A stretch of 64,000 nucleotides of DNA, taken from contig OZ249436.1 in assembly GCA_965235115.1 (NCBI GenBank), forward strand, positions 1,180,001 to 1,244,000, given 5' to 3'. Source of the stretch: Laetmonice hystrix. Taxonomy: Eukaryota. The translations under genes were made by a program, and so were the position numbers. Shown here in pieces: positions 38,648 to 51,024 of this stretch (positions are counted from its first letter, which is position 1; every line of letters begins with the position of its first letter). The notes below the pieces were generated by a model. That model had not been told where the DNA came from. It was given only the letters and a program-made list of their open reading frames with translations, and ran no database searches.

Positions 38648-38918
38648 AAATAAAAGTGCAAAACTGTTCCTTACAAGCTGGTTTTATCATGCGATTGTGG
38701 TTCGTGCACCCGCGTGGAGTCACTGATCTTTGTATTTGGTTTGGGGGCGGGGAGGGGAGGGGGTATGCCAGGAGCCACATTTAAAGAACTATCCAAAGTT
38801 GCAGACGAAGTTAGGTAACACTGTTTTAGAAAATGTTAATGCAGCATTGTTGCTGATTCGCCTTGATCTTCAATCTAAGAAACAAAGGTTAGGAAAGACG
38901 TCAGTAAAAGACTGGCTG

Positions 38919-39764
38919 GATCTATGTCACATTATTACTAAAAACAATGCTACCTAAAAAATCTATATGAAGAGCTCATACGAGGAAAACGATCTATGTC
39001 ACATTATTACTAAAAACAATGCTACCTAAAAAAGGCTATATGAAGAGCTCATACGAGGAAAACGATCTATGTCACATTATTACTGAATACAATGCTACCT
39101 AATCCTATATGAAGAGCTACAACGGTCAAAACGATCTATGTCACATTATTACTAAACCAATGCTACCTAATCCTATATGAAGAGCTACAACGGTCAAAAC
39201 GATCTATGTCACATTATTACTAAAACAATGCTACCTAATCTATATGAAGAGCTCACATGGGGAAAACGATCTATGTCACATTATTACTAAACCAATGCTA
39301 CCTAATCTATATGAAGAGCTCACATGGGGAAAACGATCTATGTCACATTATTACTAAAAGCAATGCTACCTAATCTATATGAAGAGCTACCACGGTCAAA
39401 ACGATCTATGTTACATTATTACTAAAACCAATGCTACCTAATCTATATGAAGAGCTACCACGGTCAAAACGATCTATGTTACATTATTACTAAAACCAAT
39501 GCTACCTAATCTATATGAAGAGCTACCACGGTCAAAACGATCTATGTTACATTATTACTAAAACCAATGCTACCTAATCTATATGAAGAGCTCACACGGG
39601 GCAAACGATCTATGTCACATTACTAAAAACAATGCTACCTAATCCTATATGAAGAGCTCACACGGGGAAAACGATCTATGTCACATTACTAAAAACAATG
39701 CTACCTAATCTATATGAAGAGCTCACACGGGGAACACGTTCTATGTCACATTATTACTAAAAAC
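38919..39764. repeat. ~67-bp tandem repeat (~12.5 diverged units)
   Basis: Unit GATCTATGTCACATTATTACTAAAACAATGCTACCTAATCTATATGAAGAGCTCACACGGGGAAAAC. Confidence 0.96.
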
Positions 39765-40024
39765 GATGAAACAAAATCTAAAACTACTTTACAAACTTAG
39801 ATTGTTCTTGTTGCCATGGCTGATATCCTACACCATTGGACTTGGATCGTTTTGAACAACGATGTCAAATCATTATACCCCACAGCTGCGGACTCGGATC
39901 GAGTTGACTTATTTCTATTTGGTCAGAACAAAGCTTGAACAACAATTAGGCAGATGAAGCAGTAATCGTCCATCCAATAAAAATCTGCCATAGATCGTTT
40001 TTCCCGTGTACATATGGATGTATA
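39711..40024. mobile_element. Probable MITE whose left end is the last unit of the 67-bp array
   Basis: CATAGATCGTTTTTCCCGTGT (39989-40009) is the reverse complement of the array motif ACACGGGGAAAACGATCTATG with one mismatch. Confidence 0.6.
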
Positions 40025-40028
40025 AGAT

Positions 40029-40319
40029 GCCATTCACACTGGCACGATGTTTGCCACAAACTCGAGTTCGTAAAAAGTTCGTAAGGCTTTGCTAATTCGT
40101 AGGGAAAATCACAGCAGTGGAAATCAAGTTCATAAGAGTTCGTACGACTGCTTGCGAATTCGCAAGCAGCAGTGTGAATGGAGTTCGTACGAATTTCGAA
40201 ACGTAGTTAACGGGAGCCAGCGGCCGGTGTGGTGTGAATGCATAGTGTGAATGCATGGTGTGAATGCATGGTGTGAATGCATGGTGTGAATACATGGTGT
40301 GAATGCATGGTGTGAATGG
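40029..40319. mobile_element. Harbinger-like MITE with a tandemly reiterated right end
   Basis: Left GCCATTCACACTG; internal CAGTGTGAATGG; the right end is ~7 copies of 13-bp GTGTGAATGCATG ending GTGTGAATGG. Confidence 0.6.
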
Positions 40320-41487
40320 TTCATGCCGGTCGATGGCTTCCGATTTCTAGGCTCCACCGGCAAAAAGTCTGACACTTCAGACTATAGACCGGCCGGCGGA
40401 ATTCCTGACATCAGCAGTCAAGTGACCGAATAGCTGTACAAGCTGCAGTGATCCACTGCATGTACACATCCCTCGGGTTAATCTAACCATGCACGTAAGA
40501 CTGCCGATGTCCGTATGAAGTTTATCTTCACTTTGCAGCTCCATCACTAGCAAATCATCCCTGTCGTGTCTTCTGACCATCCGCCGGGGCGTTCTGGCAC
40601 CCAGGCATCCGACCTGGCTCACAAAAACTGTGAACAACTCGTCCTATTCAGGCAAACTTGGCATCGTTCGTCCCATGTGTTTCCAAATCGTATTGACTGT
40701 TTTGGATCTGGCAGGCCGAACATAAACTAATGGTTTTTTTCGAGACCACCCTGTATTTATATAGGGCCCAGAAATCGACGAGAAAGAGGGCATCTCCTTT
40801 TCCCAGCCGGTATAAACTGGAAACTCCGTTATTTTTTCATAACACTTTTATTTTCCCCACATTACATCCTTTTCAATCATCCTACGATTTCAAAACGAAT
40901 GGTGTGTAACCATTTCCTATAAATAAATCAGCTGTTTTGAAATTGTATGGCTTTCTCTACACCATCAACGAGAAAGGACTCCCTTGTAAAGTAGATGATT
41001 TGAAGGCGCAGATTCGACACGTATGAAAAATGACATCGATAACACATCTCCAAATAGGAACAGAAGTGGAGCGCTGAACCTGATCTCCCAATATTATACT
41101 GTAATCCAGCTTAAATCTAATCCGAGAGTCTGTCTTTCCACCTTTAATTTCAGATATCTCCGAAGTGGACATTTCATTTAATTAAGAGGTAACTTTATAG
41201 TGACATTAAGAAAGTTTTCTGACACCACTTTATTTCTGTTTGCATTACTTCATTTCTTTTTTTTTCTCTCCCTTTTTTCACCGCTTTTGCGGGACGTTCA
41301 AAGCGCTTACATTTAGCCTTGCCGAGCGAATGTTGACTCGGAGCACCAATTAAGGCAGACACTCAAACAGTGTTAAAACCCAATCATAATCAAGGCAGCC
41401 AACACAAGGTGTAGGCCAGACTTCACAGGCGTAAAACCATCGACACTTAACGACTTCACAGCACTCTAAACGTCCCACCGCGTTCAA

Positions 41488-44020
41488 TATCACAACTAGT
41501 CTATCACTATCCATCCGAACGTTACATCAGAGGACGGTAAACTATCACAACTAATATATCACTATCCATCCGAACGTTACATCAGAGGACGGTAAACTAT
41601 CACAACTAGTCTATCACTATCCGAACGTTACATCAGAGGACGGTAAACTATCACAACTAGTCTATCACTATCCGAACGTTACATCAGAGGACGGTAAACT
41701 ATCACAACTAGTCTATCACTATCTGGACGTTACATCAGAGGACGGTAAACTATCACAACTAGTCTATCACTATCTGGACGTTACATCAGAGGACGGTAAA
41801 CTATCACAACTAGTCTATCACTATCTGGACGTTACATCAGAGGACGGTAAACTATCACAACTAGTCTATCACTATCTGGACGTTACATCAGAGGACGGTA
41901 AACTATCACAACTAGTCTATCACTATCCGACCGTTACATCAGAGGACGGTAAACTATCACAACTAGTCTATCACTATCCGACCGTTACATCAGAGGACGG
42001 TAAACTATCACAACTAGTCTATCACTATCTGAACGTTACATCAGAGGACGGTAAACTATCACAACTAGTCTATCACTATCTGGACGTTACATCAGAGGAC
42101 GGTAAACTATCACAACTAGTCTATCACTATCCGGACGTTACATCAGAGGACGGTAAACTATCACAACTAGTCTATCACTATCCGACCGTTACATCAGAGG
42201 ACGGTAACCTATCACAACTAGTCTATCACTATCCGAACGTTACATCAGAGGACGGTAAACTATCACAACTAGTCTATCACTATCTGGACGTTACATCAGA
42301 GGACGGTAAACTATCACAACTAGTCTATCACTATCCGAACGTTACATCAGAGGACGGTAAACTATCACAACTAGTCTATCACTATCTGGACGTTACATCA
42401 GAGGACGGTAAACTATCACAACTAGTCTATCACTATCTGAACGTTACATCAGAGGACGGTAAACTATCACAACTAGTCTATCACTATCTGGACGTTACAT
42501 CAGAGGACGGTAAACTATCACAACTAGTCTATCACTATCTGGACGTTACATCAGAGGACGGTAAACTATCACAACTAGTCTATCACTATCCGACCGTTAC
42601 ATCAGAGGACGGTAAACTATCACAACTAGTCTATCACTATCTGGACGTTACATCAGAGGACGGTAAACTATCACAACTAGTCTATCACTATCCGACCGTT
42701 ACATCAGAGGACGGTAAACTATCACAACTAGTCTATCACTATCTGGACGTTACATCAGAGGACGGTAAACTATCACAACTAGTCTATCACTATCCGAACG
42801 TTACATCAGAGGACGGTAAACTATCACAACTAGTCTATCACTATCCGACCGTTACATCAGAGGACGGTAAACTATCACAACTAGTCTATCACTATCTGGA
42901 CGTTACATCAGAGGACGGTAAACTATCACAACTAGTCTATCACTATCCGACCGTTACATCAGAGGACGGTAAACTATCACAACTAGTCTATCACTATCTG
43001 GACGTTACATCAGAGGACGGTAAACTATCACAACTAGTCTATCACTATCCGGACGTTACATCAGAGGACGGTAAACTATCACAACTAGTCTATCACTATC
43101 CGGACGTTACATCAGAGGACGGTAAACTATCACAACTAGTCTATCACTATCTGGACGTTACATCAGAGGACGGTAAACTATCACAACTAGTCTATCACTA
43201 TCCGGACGTTACATCAGAGGACGGTAAACTATCACAACTAGTCTATCACTATCCGAACGTTACATCAGAGGACGGTAAACTATCACAACTAGTCTATCAC
43301 TATCTGGACGTTACATCAGAGGACGGTAAACTATCACAACTAGTCTATCACTATCCGACCGTTACATCAGAGGACGGTAAACTATCACAACTAGTCTATC
43401 ACTATCTGAACGTTACATCAGAGGACGGTAAACTATCACAACTAGTCTATCACTATCCGAACGTTACATCAGAGGACGGTAAACAATCACAACTAGTCTA
43501 TCACTATCTGGACGTTACATCAGAGGACGGTAAACTATCACAACTAGTCTATCACTATCCGACCGTTACATCAGAGGACGGTAAACTATCACAACTAGTC
43601 TATCACTATCCGAACGTTACATCAGAGGACGGTAAACTATCACAACTAGTCTATCACTATCTGGACGTTACATCAGAGGACGGTAAACTATCACAACTAG
43701 TCTATCACTATCTGGACGTTACATCAGAGGACGGTAAACTATCACAACTAGTCTATCACTATCCGACCGTTACATCAGAGGACGGTAAACTATCACAACT
43801 AGTCTATCACTATCGGGACGTTACATCAGAGGACGGTAACCTATCACAACTAGTCTATCACTATCCGACCGTTACATCAGAGGACGGTAAACTATCACAA
43901 CTAGTCTATCACTATCTGGACGTTACATCAGAGGACGGTAAACTATCACAACTAGTCTATCACTATCCGAACGTTACATCAGAGGACGGTAAACTATCAC
44001 AACTAGTCTATCACTATCCG
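41488..44020. repeat. 51-bp minisatellite array (~49.5 units), unrelated to the 29.8-kb array
   Basis: Unit TATCACAACTAGTCTATCACTATCCGAACGTTACATCAGAGGACGGTAAAC. Confidence 0.99.
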
Positions 44021-44219
44021 GTACAGTTGGATAGTGTTGTTTTAACCTACAGTTGGTACAGTTGGATAGTGTTGTTTTAACCTACAGTTGGTACAGTTGG
44101 ATAGTGTTGTTTTAACCTACAGTTGGTACAGTTGGATAGTGTTGTTTTAACCTACAGTTGGTACAGTTGGATAGTTTTGTTTTAACCTACAGTTGGTACA
44201 GTTGGATAGTGTTGTTTTA
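44020..44219. repeat. 35-bp minisatellite (~5.7 units)
   Basis: Unit GGTACAGTTGGATAGTGTTGTTTTAACCTACAGTT. Confidence 0.97.
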
Positions 44220-44285
44220 TATCGGGTGGGCATTAAAAACATGTCGAACTGTGACGTTAAATATTTGAAAGCCCCTACGTCTCAA

Positions 44286-45097
44286 GCCTGGAGCACGGAC
44301 TGCCAGCCTGGAGGACAGACCGCCAGCCTGGAGGACAGACCGCCCGCCTGGAGCACCGACCGCCCGCCTGGAGCACCGACCGCCCGCCTGGAGGACGGAC
44401 CGCCCGCCTGGGGCACGGACCGCCCGCCTGGAGGGCGGACCGCCCGCCTAGAGGACGGACCGCCCACCTGGAGGGCGGACCGCCCACCTGGAGGGCGGAC
44501 TGCCCACATGGAGGACGGACCGCACACCTGGAGGACGGACCCCAGCCTGGAACACGGACCCCCAGCCTGGAGCACGGACCGCCCACCTGGAGAACGGACC
44601 GCCCGCCTGGAGGACGGACCGCCATCCTGGAGGACGGACCGCCCGTCTGGAGCACAGACCGCCATCCTGGAGGACGGACCGCCCACCTGGAGGACGGACC
44701 GCCCACCTGGAGGACGGACCCCAGCCTGGAGCACGGACCGCTCGCCTGGAGGACAGACCGCCCACCTCGAGCACGGACCGCCCGCCTGGAGGACAGACCG
44801 CCAGCCTGGAGGACAGACCGCTAGCCTGGAGGACAGACCGCCCGCCTGGAGGACAGACCGCCCGCCTGGAGGACAGACCGCTCGCCTGGAGCACAGACCG
44901 CCCGCCTGGAGCACAGACCGCCCGCCTGGAGCACAGACCGCCCGCCTGGAGGACGGACCGCACGGCTGGAGGACGGACCGCACGGCTGGAGGACGGACCG
45001 CACGGCTGGAGGACGGACCGCACGGCTGGAGGACGGACCGCACGGCTGGAGGACGGACCGCCCACCTGGAGCACAGACCGCCCACCTGGAGGGCGGT
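44286..45097. repeat. GC-rich 20-bp minisatellite (~40 diverged units)
   Basis: Unit GCCCGCCTGGAGGACGGACC and variants. Confidence 0.97.
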
Positions 45098-45471
45098 GCT
45101 AGTTGCAGTACGTATACCCTGAGAACTGTGTTTTTATGATGTCAGGTTTCATAGTCTGATGGTCTGATGGTGTGGTCTGATAGGGTGCCACAGTTCTGTG
45201 CGAAGTACGACTTCGGATGCACTCATATAGCAGCCGTTCCAGCTGGTCCCAGCTTGCTTTGATATACGAATACCAAGGACGCCTATATGGACAAATGTAG
45301 GACTTTAATTATAACCCCAGCAGTTACCACAAAAACAAACTGGGATCCGCATTCCTTCTCCGGTTCCCAGTCGAAAGATTTATCACCAACGGTAAGCAAT
45401 TAATTAGACAGGCGTTTTACTTTTTTCTTTCTTCTCTCTTCTTTTTAAATAGAGGTTTCAAATACGCCTTC

Positions 45472-45473
<2 letters not shown>

Positions 45474-45542
<69 letters not shown>

Positions 45543-45732
45543 CAGAGAGACAGAGAGAGGGAAGGGAGATAGAGGGGGAGAGAGAGGGAGAGAGGGGGAA
45601 ATGGAGAGAGAGGGAGGGAGAGGGAGGGAGAGAGAGGAAGGGAGAGGGGAAAGGGAGAGAGAGGGAGAGGGAGGGAGAGAGAGAGAGGGAGAGAGAGAGG
45701 GAGAGAGAGAGAGAGAGGGAGAGAGAGAGAGA
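45474..45732. repeat. (GA)n polypurine microsatellite
   Basis: Direct reading. Confidence 0.97.
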
Positions 45733-46283
45733 TCTCCACACACTCTGCCGTAATCGTATAAAAAACCTCACTGAGGGAGCGAGTCTTGACGGTCCTCCAC
45801 TGTTGGCTACTGAACCAATGGAGGACTTCAGCTGCTGTCTTACCGTAAACAGGCAGAAGGGTTTTAATATCCTGTGTCTTATACATTATGAACGCAATAT
45901 TTCGCTACAAGTAATACAAATTTGTACTAATCGGTATCCTGAGGCGGCCCCACGTGACCTTGTTATTTAGAATCCCAACCTTCCCGCGGTTACTTTGCGA
46001 AAACATGATTATGATTTGAAGAGGCGTGGAGAAGGAGCAATAATGTGAGCGACACGGCACTTGGCCCGCTATATAAGGGGGTCGGCGGTTCTAATCGATG
46101 GTGAAAATGAGGCCACGTTATTTCAAAACGAGGTTCGGGTCACTCAAGATGTCGGGCGCTGTGAGTTCGGCAGATGGTACGAGGACAGAGGTTAAGGTTA
46201 AGCTTCCGGCTTACCGTTAAGGTCATCGCTTCCTAACTTAGCGAAACACCACTCTACACATAACACAGTAGCGGCGGAACAGA

Positions 46284-46369
46284 TAATATTGGGCGGTCCA
46301 TTTTGCTTGAGGTAATATTGGGGGGACATTTTGCTTGAGGTAATATTGGGGGGACATTTTGCTTGAGGT
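46284..46369. repeat. 28-bp tandem repeat (3 units)
   Basis: CATTTTGCTTGAGGTAATATTGGGGGGA. Confidence 0.85.
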
Positions 46370-46956
46370 CGTGAATAATTAATAATATGTGAAAAACAGT
46401 CTACAAAAGCCATATAATTATTGGGGGAAGACTATAATATAGGCCTATTTAAAGGCTATAGATTCCATAGGCCTACTCCGGTTAGAGCTATTTTTGACTC
46501 AGTCTCTCTGTAGTTGCCATTCTCTTCGACTTATGAGTTATATTGATTGATTTGAGGTTGTTTTAAAATGCATGGAATGGGACTGTCAACATGAGGTGCT
46601 AGCGGGTCCAAGTCAGGCCAGAGCTTCCACTAGGATTTCAAGTTCCCGTCCCTTGGGCTCTGGGCCATGTTGTATCTGTCAAAGGGTTCAGTGGTGTCAG
46701 GTCTTTGACGGGACTTACTTTACTCTGTATACATTAAGAGTAGATGGGATGTCAGTAGGCCTATATTCATTTCAAAAAGGTGCAGTCAAAGCCCTGAGGT
46801 TTCGATATGTTTACACATGTTTTAGTTCGGGTAGCGGCGGCAAGTTCGGTCCGATTGAGAAAATGTAAAGAGACAGAGGTATAGGTGTGTGTGCTGTGCG
46901 TCTGTGTGAGATGACAGTCCTAAGTATATACTATGTCAAAATTCTGACACCGGACG

Positions 46957-47421
46957 GCCGGTGTCACATCGAAAACTGACCCCCGTGGTAAATTGACCCC
47001 CGGGTCACTTTTCCACAGTGGAAAAGTGACCCCCTCTGTGGTAATCTGACCCTCAATGAAAAGTTAAGAAATTTCTTGTTCCGTATGTATGGTTCATTTT
47101 TTATATTTATGGGCGTACAGTTAGCACCCGTATCTGCTGGTTTGCCCTTTTAAATTTGCCGGGTAAATTTGGAAATTGACGAATTGCAAACACCCCATTT
47201 GCAAATTGCGCAAGTCTGCAAGGTGAGTACTACAGGCTTAAAAACTGTTGAAAGATACCAAGAAGCAGGAAAATGACGAAAGATTCCAATGTAAAGACGT
47301 TATGCCAAATATGTGCTATTCAACCTGGGTCATTTTTCCACAGTGGGGGTCACTTTTCCACTGTGGTAAAGTGACCTGGGGGTCACTTTACCACGGGGTC
47401 ACTTTACCACATCACACCGGC
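46957..47421. mobile_element. MITE with short GCCGGTGT termini and subterminal TGACCCC/GGGGTCA repeats
   Basis: GCCGGTGT...TGACCCCCGTGGTAAATTGACCCC at left is mirrored by GGGGTCACTTTACCACGGGGTCA...ACACCGGC at right; no clear TSD. Confidence 0.75.
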
Positions 47422-47956
47422 TTAGATACGTCCCCTGAGGTGAGTGGCCTTTTGATGTAAAGGCGGATTTTCTTCTGGCTGTCCTCTGTTTCTGGAAACG
47501 GGTTCCGTCCTTTGGCTTCAATATTCACAGGGAAATAAAAGGGCGATGTCAATATTGCAGTGGCGGATTCAGGGGGGGGGGGGGGGGCACCCGGCCCAGG
47601 CCCCCCTATTTTCCAAACTCTCGCCTATTTTCTATACGATGGCACCATTAAGCAATTGACTGTGATTGCTATCACCATCGTGCGACGCAAGCTGTTTGGT
47701 TACACGGTTTACTGCAAACATAGTTCCTGCCTCGTCTCCCAGACAGCTAGAGACTAGACACATTATCCGTATATAATTGACCAACATGACCACTGTAATT
47801 CCGATCTTAAGTACTATTGCAACAAACGAGGTGTAAAGTATGACGTTTTCGTTATATGATATTTCTGACTATCAGAGAGTGTGCCAAAAGACGGCCACTT
47901 GGGGTTCTAACCAGAATTTGACATTGATAGCAGCGCACGTCTCGCTGGGCTCTCCC

Positions 47957-48648
47957 ACCCCGTCACACATTCACGATTTTTACTGCCGTCCTTTCCCGAT
48001 TAATATATGTCAAAAGTCGGATCAAGATCCTCTGATTCGTGGCTGGAAATTTGTAAAAACATTTATTTAATCACGACAAAAATCAGATATTGTTCAGGAA
48101 GCGTCCCGATTCCGCCGTTTCCAGCCGAATTCGTCCCGATTATCCCGTTCTTAATCCGATTCTGCGATCAGACAGAGATCAGACAGTGACCAGGCAGTGA
48201 CGGTTCACATTCAGCAAGATCTGGACGCAATCTGGACTCAATCGGCAAGAAATGGCAATGTAAAAAATTCTCCAGATCATGCCCGTTCCACAGTACACCG
48301 TCCAGACACCGTTCAGACAACAAAGGACATTGTTACGATTTTGATCCGATACAGCAGAATCTGTCACGACATAGTCACGATTGTAATCTGACTAGACAAA
48401 ATCGGCTGAGTTTCCCGAATGTTACGGCACGCACATGACTGTTGGGAGTGCTTGGCCGACCTCTCCGGACCATTCCCGATCCCTAGGACTCTGTTACGAA
48501 CGTATACGACTGCGTTTAGACAATGATAGGACATTTCAGATCTGTTCCAGGTCATTGAGGATAGTAATCCGACTTTTTCACTTTTCGTGTCGTAGCGCTG
48601 TCTGATCTCAAACGGGGGCCATAATCGGCACTGTGTGGCCCCCGCGTT
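47957..48648. mobile_element. Possible Harbinger-like non-autonomous element
   Basis: Left CCCCGTCACACATTCACGATT and right AATCGGCACTGTGTGGCCCCCGCG|TTA, with many CCCGAT/ATCGG motifs inside; weak TIR match. Confidence 0.35.
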
Positions 48649-50178
48649 AGGAGGTGTGAACTTCTCCCGGTGCCCTTGGCGCTGGACGTGCGCATTGACA
48701 AACACACATTAAGTCAATGTCGATAGAACCCTATTTGCCAACACTGCCTGTTAGTTTCTTTGTAGCTTAAGCTGGGTATAGTTCTTAAGAAATCATGGTA
48801 TAATTAGTCTGATAGAGCAATAAAAGAGCTATGTCTTGATGACTCTACGTGATGAACACCCAGAACAAGAGTTTGGGCGATAATAGAAGGTACCAGAACA
48901 TGCACTCATTAGAGCATAATGCACTCCTAGCGGCGGAGGAATTTGCGGATCATTGCGATGCTATTTTTCTCTGAGGTTCCGTATTTAATATGTAGACGGT
49001 ACCAGGACGTAAGTATTTCTACACGTTAGTGGGTTAAATTCCATAAAAAAAGGTCATGCGGTATTGCAAATGGAGTTATATGTATTTCCAGCAGAGTCCT
49101 GACGTAGATATTGAATGACTGGATATCTCTCGCGGGACTTAGACCCCTAATAAGCACTTCGATTCGTGCTCATTCTACGGTTATGATTTGTTCAAGGTCT
49201 CATGCGGATGTCATGCTGATATCACGCTGTATTCACTAAATGAACCAGCTACACCAATAACTATCAGCAAGAGTTTTGCTATAGATGCATGGCTAAAGTC
49301 TGACTTATTTCTATAGCTAGATGTAGGTAGCATAGACGTTGCTGTAAAATATGGCGCAAACTATGGCACAATAACCTTCTTGGCCAATCCGTCAAATTGG
49401 ATTGACTCAAAGCCCGTGATATCAGCAAGCTTTCCACCGGAACACCCGCTACCAGTGACGACAGGGTAACGTAATGAGAGTTTGGAGAGGTGAGAGTCTG
49501 CACAGCATACCCGAGTCGACGGCTCCATAGTCGTAAGCCTCTTTGCCCTTGTGATGGTGACTGCCTACAAAGACGATTACTCGGGTAGATTTTTGTCAAC
49601 TGTTCTGTCGAACCCAATAACTGGAGTTGTTCGGGTTTCACTGTAGATGTACGGTTTCATTCTCAGTATGACGACGTGGCATATCCATTTTTTAATGAAT
49701 AACCTGTCATATTTAGAAGAGCGAGATACAAAACTGTAAAGAGGTCGAATTTGAGTCCAAAGTAGGATGAACGGAAGACTGGATATTATGAGTCCCTGGA
49801 TGTATACTGGCTTAAAGGTATAGACAAACTAAGAAAAGACGTTGACTTCTTTCGATTTTCCCATTATATTTCTAGTATACCTCCACAGACAGCAAAACAA
49901 CAAATATGAGACAGAGCAGTATCTAAGTACAATGCCACATATCTTTTCTTTTTGCTGGAAGAGGACACTGGCTAGACATTCCCTTTGGACGCGAAGGAAC
50001 AAAAAAAAGGGCCAAAGGTTGCGCAAGAAGACGCTCTGTGATACACCTGGGCTATTTTATATTGGATATACTTGAGATGTTATAATGATCCCGGTGTAGA
50101 AGCAGATAATATATCATTAACAGGACTTTTTCCAAGCGACATTAACGTTATAGGATGTTGCCCATACGGATTAACGTA

Positions 50179-50316
50179 CACTGTAAAAAATATTCGTAGA
50201 ATAACAGACAGAATTTACAGCTGTATTTGGTGTAAATTTATTTTACAGTAGAGTATACGTCCAGCTGGGACGCCAATGAAATTAACTGTAAAAATACGCA
50301 GCTATCTTTTACAGTG
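50179..50316. mobile_element. CACTG-terminated MITE (EnSpm/CACTA-like) with 2-bp TA duplication
   Basis: TA|CACTGTAAAA ... TTTTACAGTG|TA with internal TTTACAG/CTGTAAA motifs. Confidence 0.8.
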
Positions 50317-50529
50317 TAGAATTTCTCATATATCTTATATTCTCAAATTGCTCCTGCTATACTTGTTCATCGAACATAATATGTTCATTGCTTGCGAAAT
50401 GAAACCCATAGGTAGATTTTTTTTAAAATATTCACATGGGTAACATCTCGGCCACTTTCATTGTCATAGTCATTTTGAAATGTATTTTACTTTTTCATTA
50501 TTTGAACTGAAGACTACTGATAATACATG

Positions 50530-50768
50530 ATAGAGATATGAAAACACATATGGGTATTAATTAACACATTATAGAGATATGAAAACACATATGGGTACTA
50601 ATTAACACATTATAGAGATATGAAAACACATATGGGTACTAATTAACACATTATAGAGATATGAAAACACATATGGGTACTAATTAACACATTATAGAGA
50701 TATGAAAACACATATGGGTATTAATTAACACATTATAGAGATATGAAAACACATATGGATATTAATTG
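50530..50768. repeat. 41-bp minisatellite (~6 units)
   Basis: Unit ATAGAGATATGAAAACACATATGGGTACTAATTAACACATT. Confidence 0.97.
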
Positions 50769-51024
50769 TAATATTATACCTAAGAAGGCAGAGACAACAA
50801 AGCTGACAAAGTCCGAGACCACGAATACCCTCTCACACTCGTAATAACCCCCCCCCCCCCCACCCCGGGCAGTCGAACAGTCTCCGGATAACCCAATCAA
50901 ATCACTCCAGTCAATCTGGCCAAAGATGTCAAGACGGACCATTCCCCACATCAACAGGAAGTCTTGGGGGGATTCGGGGCGGATGTGAGACGTCTGATCA
51001 ACACAAGCCTTCCAAATGTAGAGA

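Noticed and set aside
40538..40725. Good + strand acceptor (TTCACTTTGCAG) followed by an open frame
   Set aside because: No clear donor, no partner exons and an unrecognisable peptide.
41280..41350. Minus-strand TGTAAGCGCTTTGAA...AAAAGCG, resembling an L2/SINE 3' tail
   Set aside because: Too short; no tRNA-like head or second copy in the window to support it.
41488..44020. CRISPR-like appearance (constant repeat with variable segment)
   Set aside because: The variable part is only a few nucleotides drawn from six recurring variants; there are no unique spacers, no cas genes, and the context is eukaryotic.
44193..45122. 309-aa Pro/Arg/Gly-rich ORF
   Set aside because: GC-rich 20-bp repeat lacking stop codons on both strands; the period is not a multiple of three.
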